NCBI GenBank assembly: GCA_002390845.1
Contig: DGQT01000050.1
Coordinates: forward strand, 48,781-112,780
Direction: 5' to 3'
Source of the DNA: Chitinophagaceae bacterium UBA4407
GTDB lineage: Bacteria > Bacteroidota > Bacteroidia > Chitinophagales > Chitinophagaceae
DNA: 64,000 bases
Shown: positions 57,241-64,000 of the stretch, piece by piece
Position numbering within the stretch: the stretch's first letter is position 1
Layout of the letters: each line of letters begins with the position of its first letter
Program-made: the position numbers and the translations under genes
The notes under the pieces: generated by a model
Told to the model about the DNA's origin: nothing
What the model saw: only the letters and a program-made list of their open reading frames with translations
The model's database searches: none

Positions 57241-57424
57241 TAAAGTAGTACTGTTTACCAGTTAACCAAATGAAAATAGCCTTAATTTTTAATTGGCGGT
57301 GCAGTGTGCGGTGCTGAAACAGGTTTGTGCTGAAATTCTTTGGTATGCAACGCTTCGCTTATACTTTGCACAGGAAAGTTTTGTACATAACACCAAGCAG
57401 CCTGCAAATTGCCCAATAAAGAAT

Positions 57425-57490
57425 AAAACGTATAAGTGAGTGACACAACGGAAGCTTAATAGTAGCAATGGCTTATGGCTAATGATACCT
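57425..57490 (+). repeat. CPIR variant-core copy, R orientation
   Basis: The variant core GTGAGTGACACAAC lies at 57436-57449. The outer arm GGAAGCTTAATAGTAGCAATGGCTTATGGC ends about 7 nt before the TamB-2 stop. Confidence 0.8.
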
Positions 57491-57496
57491 GTGGAA

Positions 57497-60400
57497 TTAA
57501 TTTGTGGCAGAGTCTTTTATTACGGGTTTTATTTTAATTGCTTGTATGGCGGTATCGCCCTGGAGTATTTCGGGATTGTCTTTTGGAAAATCGAACGAAT
57601 AGGAAATACTTACACCCTGCCTTATACGGCGGCCAATAATGCCCGTGCTTACATCTAAACTGCTTTTATTGAATACGATTGCCCGTAATTTTCTGTCGCG
57701 GGAAAGCACGAATTGTACCGATATATCAGGCAGCCACTGGAAGTTACCCGATTGTACCGCGGAACCGCTGATATTAAAATCGAGCCCTGTACCAAAGGTA
57801 ATGATGATCTTATTGTTGGCGAGGCTTTGGCTTAGTTTAAGGTTTACTGTTTGCCGGTCTAAGCGGTTGGAAGAACCTGAATTTCCATAGAGAACAGCAC
57901 TACTGTAGGTTGATGTATTTACATCGAACTGAAGGCTTTTATCGCCGGTAATTTTTGCGAGCAGGTTGGATACGAGCTTGTTTAATTCGCCTGTGATTTT
58001 TTGTGAAATGGTATTGATACCTGTTGACCGTGCTACATTACCGCCGCTGCCAATTTCGCCATAAGGTGCAAAGGAACCGAATACGATGAGCCAGGTAACC
58101 TGTTTCAGCATTTCATTATCATCGTTTTGAACTTTGGTTAAAAAGTACTTCAGGTTGTTGTCGTTTTTAATAGGACTGTTGTCGGGAAAGTCAAATGCAA
58201 ATTTTATCTGCGGATTGCTGAGTTTACCGGTTAATGTTGCAATAACATATACTTCGCCGCGGTATCCGCTTATGGTGCCCCCAAGATTATAGCCTGTGTT
58301 AGTGAGCAGATCGCTGAATGTAACATTTTTTGCGGTGTATTGTGCATCTATGTGCATGTCTGCTTTATAAGGATCGCCGGTCCATTCGATATAGTTGCCT
58401 GCATCTCGTTTAAGATCAAAAGGCTTGCGCAAAAACGATTGAAAGTTGAAATTATAACCACCGCTTTCTATATTGTAACGCCCATTCATGGTCATGTTTC
58501 CGTTTGAAGGTATATTGATCTTCAATCTTCCATTACCTGTTGCTTTAATTACATCGCCGGTAAGTTCATCGAGTATCAGGTCTATCTGTGCCTTATTGTT
58601 AGCTGTAAGATCGAGGTCTATATTTAGCTTATTATCACCCGATATAGTTTTTTGCTCTAACTCTGTTCCGTATTTTTTGAACACAATAAAATCTGCATCA
58701 GAACTTTCCTTACTGCTTGCCGGGGCTATAAAAATATGGGTAGTATCATTTACCTCGCCGGTAATATTCATCTTCATATTTTCCTCCGGCCCCTTTAAGC
58801 TGAGGGTAGCTTTACCAATAGCTTTGCCATAAAACAACGGGTTGTCTTTTGCTTTTGTATCCAGCAGTAACATTTTTTCTGTAGCGAGATCAAAATCATA
58901 TCGCATTTTTTTAAAGCCACTTTCATATAATATGCCTCTGACTGTGCCTTTATTATTGTATTTATCGCGAATATTAAACCTGCCAAAGTCGATACCATTA
59001 TCGTCAAAAATAAAAAAGGCAGAATCTATAGAATAACGTACCTGTGTATAATTGATGGTTATTGCAGCATTTTTAAGTTTAATTCTTCCCAGCAACTGAG
59101 GCGATGAGGGATTACCTTGTATGGTAAGGTCACCATTGGCAACCCCATCTATATTTGAAAAAAGAGACCCAAGTAGTTCATTTACTAAACCAATTTTAGT
59201 GCTGTTAAGATGTACTTTAGTACTTAACGGCATACTAGCCGAGTCTTTAATATTGTAAAACCCGGAGGCTAAAAAATTATAATCCTGGTTATACGATTTA
59301 ACATCAAAATTGATCTTGCCAATCTCCTTAGAATAATCTGCTTTTACATGTACAATACCCACTGAATCATCGTTTAACCTGAACTGTGTTGCATTAAGGT
59401 CAGCAGATGCATTAAATTTATTATAAAAATCACGCAGGTAAATATTACCGGTAGCCATACCTTCAATCCTTGGTTTTTGTGTAAATAGCGGAACAAAATC
59501 ACTGAGATTTACATCCTTAAGTTTTACAACCAGGTTGCTTGTATTACTACCATCTTCCTCTTCCGTTTCTACTGTTATCTGTTGAAAACCCTGAGTGAAT
59601 TTTACATTTTTTGCCGTTGCGAAATTTTTTCTGATAACGATTTCGCCTTCTTTCTCCAACTGCCATTTATTTGTATTTAATACAAATGAAGAAGGTTGAA
59701 AATTAATACGAACACCGTCTTCCATTGTATAAACATCTGCATTAAGAAGTGCTTCATTCAATGTTTCATTTGCACTTGTTGCCAGGTGTAAAGCAGAGTG
59801 GTCGTTACTTGATCTGATATCGAAATGTGTTCCAGGAAAAAAGAGGCTGTCGCCAATATAAAACCTGCCAACGTCACCATTCAGGCTAAGGCTGTCATGA
59901 CTACCTGCACCATTAATCAAAGCATCTTCCAGCTTATAATTATCAAATTTTGCAAAAGGTATTTTGGCATACAGGTAAAACCCGGAATCCTGCCTGTTTG
60001 TATTTACGCCTCCAACAATCTTTATACTATCAAGCCCTGATAATTTTGAATGAATTACCTGTGCGTATTTATCGAAGTTCTTCGTGTTAACAACCAAAAC
60101 AAACTTTTGATCCTTAGGAGTGGTTTTAGGTACATTGATATACGCGGGATAGTATCGGCTTAAAAAAGATTGAAAACTGTTTGGAAGATCGAGTATATTA
60201 TACTCACCGGTTACAGTTGCGTCGAACTGGTTACTCTGTACACTCAGTATTTTTTTATTGATGGAATCATAAGATGCAGTTACTGTAAGCGAATCGAAAT
60301 CAAGCTGTGTACTATCGTGCAAAAGTGTTGCATTCAGTATCTTGGCAGAACCCAGAAATTCATCAATATTACGGCCAGTAAAGTTAAGGTCAAACAGGCC

Positions 60401-62398
60401 CGTTAAAGTAAAGTTCTCGTTGGTAAAATGCAGCTTTTTAAAATTGGCAGTTGCCAGGTCACCAAGTATATTGAATAAAGGTTGCTCGCCGGTAAAGTCA
60501 ACCTGTATACTACTGGTAAAATCAAAGTTCGGGTCGCTTGCTTTAAAATCGCCGTTAAATTTCTTTTTTTCAATAGCGCCATTAAAAGTAAGGTTGCGGT
60601 AGGTATAGCCGTTAAAATCCAGGGAGTCAAATGTACCATCCAGCGTAGTTTTTGTTTTATCCAGAATAAAACTCCTGCCTTCAATTTTACCTTTAAAGCT
60701 TGCTTTACCTAAAGAACTTACTTCAAGGAATTTACCAAAATCAAATTGCCTTGTTTGAATATTTCCGCTGTAGGTGGGCTCCCCTTTTACAGGTAATTTC
60801 AGGTTAAGATCACTATACAAACTTCCCAGTAACGTGCTGATATTTCCTTTGGCAGTAAAATCATTTACTGTGCCGGAAAAATTTCCCCGAAAAAGCACAT
60901 TACCTAATGCTGCAAAATCAGGGTTGCTGATTTTTTTTATTCCGGGATACAAAAAAGCAACTTCATTATTATTCGTCTGTATAACTGCATCGCTTAAATT
61001 AATCTGTGTTTTTTTTATTGCAGGCAAACCCTTCATGGTTAGGTTACCACTGGCATACATATTAGGGCCCGTACGTAGAAACAGGTCATCTACTTTAAAA
61101 TCTTCAATCGTACCGGCAAATTTTCCGTTAATGTCAGCAGTCTTGTTCCAGTCGCTTAATGCCGGGGCAAAAAAAGCAATATCGTTGCTGCTAATCACAG
61201 AATTTTTAATGCGGGCATCCAATATAACTCTGTGAATAAAATAAGGCATGTCCTCATTAAAGTCTTTATAATGCATGGCATAATAATTCCCCAGCCTGCT
61301 GTTTGCGGTACGTAAATCAAGGTTGGCAAATTCCATTACCTGTGGTGTTAGTTTAAAGTCAGCCTTCAGCTTTTTTAATTCAAGCCCGCTGCGTTCCGTT
61401 GCTGTTAAATCAACTTTGGCTTTTATGGTATCTTTTATAAAACTCAGTTGTTTAAAATTTCCATTGATCTTATTTAGCTTTATATAAGCCCCGTCAAACA
61501 GACCTTTTTCAGGAACGTCACCCCGCTTAATACTGGCAAACACACCATCCGTTATTTTTAAATCAGCAATCCTTACAACAATATCACCTGCATTAAAATA
61601 CATTCCTGTATCCTGTACAAAAATTGGTGGCGCCGGGCGGTTACCATCAAAATCTTCAATCGAAAAATATGGCTTGTCAATATCAACCGAATTAATACTA
61701 AACTCGCTTTTACCAAGATCTGTGCTTTTAATATCTGCCAGCAAACTACCCACTCTTGCGGTCATTTTCTGCCCCTTCCATTCATCGTTTTGAATAAAAG
61801 TTACCTTCTTCAGGTCAATCTTCTGAATGTTGAATGCTATTACTTTTTTCGAGGTATCCTTAACTGTATTTGGCGAAGCAAAATGCTCTGCAATAAAAGC
61901 GTAGTTCCATACCGAATCGGTTCGCTTCAGGTTTATTTTCGCATCTTCAAGACCAATATATTTCAGGTCGGTTCTGTCTTTTAAAAAGAACCAGTCAGTA
62001 ATACGCAGTTTTAAAATCCCTGCAGAAAGCAACGTATCTTTTTTTTGATCCAGTATCAGTACCCCGTTAAGGTTTACCTTATCAAAAAAAGAGAGGCTCA
62101 TGTGTTTTATCTCAACCGTTGTTTCAAGATCTTTCGAAAGCCTGGCGGTAACCTTGCCCAATATATAATTCTGAACAAGCTCTGTTTGAAGCATTATTAT
62201 AATCAGTAGCAGTAACCCAAATAAAATAAATATACCGCGTCGCACATGCTTCAGGGTAGTAATGGCGTGTAGCAGCGCACCAATAAGCATATACAAAACC
62301 CTGTTGGTCCATGGGTAAGGCAATGGAACAACAAACAAGGTTAGCACAAGTGCAAGAACCAAAATCCAGCTAAATATTTTCAGAAATTTGTTCAGCAA
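57497..62398 (-). CDS. second TamB/AsmA-like translocation-and-assembly-module protein
   Basis: 1633 aa with an N-terminal TM anchor, a beta-rich body, and a C-terminal TamB-type domain (..LKLSQSLANNKIIITFGTGLDF..RAIVFNKSS). No adjacent Omp85 gene. Confidence 0.82.
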   Translation of the reverse strand: MLNKFLKIFSWILVLALVLTLFVVPLPYPWTNRVLYMLIGALLHAITTLKHVRRGIFILFGLLLLIIIMLQTELVQNYILGKVTARLSKDLETTVEIKHMSLSFFDKVNLNGVLILDQKKDTLLSAGILKLRITDWFFLKDRTDLKYIGLEDAKINLKRTDSVWNYAFIAEHFASPNTVKDTSKKVIAFNIQKIDLKKVTFIQNDEWKGQKMTARVGSLLADIKSTDLGKSEFSINSVDIDKPYFSIEDFDGNRPAPPIFVQDTGMYFNAGDIVVRIADLKITDGVFASIKRGDVPEKGLFDGAYIKLNKINGNFKQLSFIKDTIKAKVDLTATERSGLELKKLKADFKLTPQVMEFANLDLRTANSRLGNYYAMHYKDFNEDMPYFIHRVILDARIKNSVISSNDIAFFAPALSDWNKTADINGKFAGTIEDFKVDDLFLRTGPNMYASGNLTMKGLPAIKKTQINLSDAVIQTNNNEVAFLYPGIKKISNPDFAALGNVLFRGNFSGTVNDFTAKGNISTLLGSLYSDLNLKLPVKGEPTYSGNIQTRQFDFGKFLEVSSLGKASFKGKIEGRSFILDKTKTTLDGTFDSLDFNGYTYRNLTFNGAIEKKKFNGDFKASDPNFDFTSSIQVDFTGEQPLFNILGDLATANFKKLHFTNENFTLTGLFDLNFTGRNIDEFLGSAKILNATLLHDSTQLDFDSLTVTASYDSINKKILSVQSNQFDATVTGEYNILDLPNSFQSFLSRYYPAYINVPKTTPKDQKFVLVVNTKNFDKYAQVIHSKLSGLDSIKIVGGVNTNRQDSGFYLYAKIPFAKFDNYKLEDALINGAGSHDSLSLNGDVGRFYIGDSLFFPGTHFDIRSSNDHSALHLATSANETLNEALLNADVYTMEDGVRINFQPSSFVLNTNKWQLEKEGEIVIRKNFATAKNVKFTQGFQQITVETEEEDGSNTSNLVVKLKDVNLSDFVPLFTQKPRIEGMATGNIYLRDFYNKFNASADLNATQFRLNDDSVGIVHVKADYSKEIGKINFDVKSYNQDYNFLASGFYNIKDSASMPLSTKVHLNSTKIGLVNELLGSLFSNIDGVANGDLTIQGNPSSPQLLGRIKLKNAAITINYTQVRYSIDSAFFIFDDNGIDFGRFNIRDKYNNKGTVRGILYESGFKKMRYDFDLATEKMLLLDTKAKDNPLFYGKAIGKATLSLKGPEENMKMNITGEVNDTTHIFIAPASSKESSDADFIVFKKYGTELEQKTISGDNKLNIDLDLTANNKAQIDLILDELTGDVIKATGNGRLKINIPSNGNMTMNGRYNIESGGYNFNFQSFLRKPFDLKRDAGNYIEWTGDPYKADMHIDAQYTAKNVTFSDLLTNTGYNLGGTISGYRGEVYVIATLTGKLSNPQIKFAFDFPDNSPIKNDNNLKYFLTKVQNDDNEMLKQVTWLIVFGSFAPYGEIGSGGNVARSTGINTISQKITGELNKLVSNLLAKITGDKSLQFDVNTSTYSSAVLYGNSGSSNRLDRQTVNLKLSQSLANNKIIITFGTGLDFNISGSAVQSGNFQWLPDISVQFVLSRDRKLRAIVFNKSSLDVSTGIIGRRIRQGVSISYSFDFPKDNPEILQGDTAIQAIKIKPVIKDSATN

Positions 62399-62514
62399 TG
62401 AATCCCTTTTATCCGGTAAAAATAAAGATAAAGCGTTAAGGGCGAAACGAATGCCAAAAGCTTGTAAGACTTTGCCAAATTAGCAGTATGTGGTCTGTTT
62501 ACAGCAATAATACA

Positions 62515-62590
62515 ATTTTATACCCGGCAGATTACAATAATTAAACTTTTCTTGCGTCGCACACTTGTACGTTCAGATTATGATTCGGCA
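62515..62590 (-). repeat. CPIR short form, L orientation
   Basis: ATACCCGGCAG outer arm; core lies at 62552-62562; inner arm CTTGTACGTTCAGATTATGATTCGGCA. Confidence 0.85.
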
Positions 62591-62596
62591 GAAGGT

Positions 62597-63103
62597 TCAA
62601 CGTTTAGTGTTGTTGTTGAATACTGTTTCTTTAAAATGAATCCATTGCTCAGCAGTCATTTCAAACTTTACTTCAGTCCACATAGAATGGTCTTTCTTTC
62701 TTGTCTGCGTTTTTCTTTCCACTTCTTTCCATCCGCATATTTTGTAAAATTTTTCAGCCCGGGTATCAGAAGCGGTACCCAGCCAAATAGTATGATCTGT
62801 TTTACTAAAATACCAATCAAGCATAAGATCATGTAATTTTTTGCCAATGCCTTTTCCTTCATACCCGGGCAGTACAAATAATGCCCAAACATCATTACCT
62901 GTTAAATCAACTATTGAAAACCCTACGATCGTATTTCCAGCTTCGCATACCCAGCCCGCCCCCCTGACTGTAATGTAATTTTCACAATCTTTATTTGTAA
63001 CCAAAGCAGGATCGGATAGTGTATTTTCTTTTACAGCATTTCTTACCACCTGTATTTGTGGTATATCGCTTATTTGCGCTTCTCTAAAAATCATTGAAGC
63101 CAT
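62597..63103 (-). CDS. GNAT-family N-acetyltransferase
   Basis: Starts at MASMIFREAQISDI. The acetyl-CoA motif is LFVLPGYEGKGIGKKLH. The upstream part of the ORF-track model runs into the repeat. Confidence 0.85.
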   Translation of the reverse strand: MASMIFREAQISDIPQIQVVRNAVKENTLSDPALVTNKDCENYITVRGAGWVCEAGNTIVGFSIVDLTGNDVWALFVLPGYEGKGIGKKLHDLMLDWYFSKTDHTIWLGTASDTRAEKFYKICGWKEVERKTQTRKKDHSMWTEVKFEMTAEQWIHFKETVFNNNTKR

Positions 63104-63194
63104 TTGTATATTACGTTTGTAGTTGGTTGCAAACTTAAATTGCAAATAAATAAAAATATAGCGGTTCTTTCTTCGCACTGCTGAGTGATTTTCA

Positions 63195-63256
63195 GAAAGC
63201 CCCAGTGTGCGACGCAAGAAAAGCTTAATAGAAATACCTGTGCCTGGTACAAAAAA
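63195..63256 (+). repeat. CPIR short form, R orientation
   Basis: Core lies at 63207-63217. The outer arm GAAAAGCTTAATAGAAATACCTGTGCCTGGTACAAAAAA ends at the stop of the next gene. Confidence 0.85.
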
Positions 63257-64000
63257 TTAATCAACAAATATTTCATGCAGACAAGCAGCAAGATACTCCA
63301 GGTCCTGAAAATTGTGCAATGCATTTAATACAATGCGATGGTGTTTTGTACCAGCAGGATCGGGATAGGCAAAGGATGAAATAATAATATTTTTTTGATG
63401 AAGCTTATATTCATTTATAGTGGACGGCAAAATAACCACCGGCAATTGCGGATGATAACTAACCTGCTTAATATGCTGTATTAGCGAATGAAAATAACTG
63501 GTATTCTTTTGCAGTTTTTCGCGTTGCTGCTGATACAAATGCTGACCTTTTAAGAAAGCGTGCAACATAGCGGGAGATGGCGCTGTGGCAGCAGTGTATG
63601 CAGGCAACAACCGTAGATCATCAGCAATTTTTCTGGAACAGCTTACTGCGCCACCCTGTATATTCCATGCCTTTGACAAAGAGTAACTGAGTAAGTATTC
63701 TATATTCATATGTTTGGGGAAATTGCCTGAAATACCTTCTCCGTTTTTACCTATAAGGCCGATACCATGCGAGTCATCAACGATAATAATCTTTTCATTT
63801 TCGCCAGAACTTATTAACGAAAGATCTGTGATGTCAGCAGTGAGCATATTTACCGAATCGACTGCAAATTTTTTTGGTGTATGATCATTGCTGCCGTTAT
63901 TATTTCCATAAATAGCGGGGTGAGAAGGGTAGAGGTTAATGAGTTCATCTTTCCATAATGTTGTAGCAAGCTGGCCTGCTAAAAAACCTGAAGAAGCCAG
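63257..64000 (-). CDS. PLP-dependent alpha-oxoamine synthase family enzyme (BioF/Kbl-like), 5' end outside window
   Basis: IIVDDSHGIG and the SLSKA PLP-lysine motif. The frame stays open to the window edge (..LASSGFLAGQ..). Confidence 0.7.
   Translation of the reverse strand: MASSGFLAGQLATTLWKDELINLYPSHPAIYGNNNGSNDHTPKKFAVDSVNMLTADITDLSLISSGENEKIIIVDDSHGIGLIGKNGEGISGNFPKHMNIEYLLSYSLSKAWNIQGGAVSCSRKIADDLRLLPAYTAATAPSPAMLHAFLKGQHLYQQQREKLQKNTSYFHSLIQHIKQVSYHPQLPVVILPSTINEYKLHQKNIIISSFAYPDPAGTKHHRIVLNALHNFQDLEYLAACLHEIFVD

Noticed and set aside
474-63256. Could the 22-nt conserved cores be CRISPR repeats?
   Set aside because: Copies occur in both orientations and are separated by whole genes at irregular spacing of 0.1-5 kb. 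They sit inside longer conserved arms, and no cas genes are present. This is not an array.
1-64000. tRNA, rRNA, tmRNA, RNase P RNA, or riboswitches (for example FMN near ribD)
   Set aside because: I found no cloverleaf-compatible sequence with a GTTCGAATC-type T-arm and no rRNA-like stretch. The ribD upstream region is only about 40 nt and is shared with prmC. A covariance-model scan would be needed to exclude small RNAs formally.

Overview
This 64-kb chromosomal window comes from a Bacteroidota genome. Supporting markers are a SusC/SusD PUL core, a T9SS C-terminal sorting domain, a lipoprotein-type TamA next to TamB, and LytS/LytTR pairs. It looks Chitinophagaceae/Sphingobacteriia-like, but that cannot be proven from the sequence alone. 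I call 54 protein genes. From left to right: a partial aldose epimerase, ridA, tsaB, an ArsR regulator, acylphosphatase, a LytS-LytTR pair plus a degenerate kinase paralogue, a susC-susD-lipoprotein PUL core, DUF1080, an AI-2E permease, and a YtxH/holin-like trio. Then two giant TamB paralogues (one with a TamL-like partner), an RfaE-like kinase, an APC permease, OmpH, SH3b/BON proteins, an ABC-F ATPase, and an AT-rich four-gene island with parDE. Then infA-rpmJ-rpsM-rpsK-rpsD-rpoA-rplQ, carA, yigZ, ribD, prmC, exbBD, an M61 peptidase, a tail-fibre-like T9SS substrate, a TPR histidine kinase, an H1-like protein, a GNAT and a partial BioF-like enzyme. I saw no rRNA, tRNA, CRISPR array, transposase or integrase. 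The outstanding signal is non-coding. One repeat family (provisional name CPIR, core-palindrome intergenic repeat; core TTGTTGCGTCGCACACTTGTAC) occupies almost every intergenic region, with 37 half-copies. It has a short form, a long form carrying an 85-100 nt structured insert at the centre of the core palindrome, and a variant core with a compensatory base-pair change. Half-copies are paired. Pairs with inner arms facing enclose either about 100-200 bp (6 compact doublets) or 1-4 small accessory-looking genes (9 cases, including the parDE island and a GNAT). Outer arms sit directly against stop codons. I read this as a previously undescribed REPIN/MITE-like system that may carry or capture gene cassettes. 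That interpretation is inference and needs genome-wide and comparative checks. All repeat boundaries are approximate; only core positions were read exactly.
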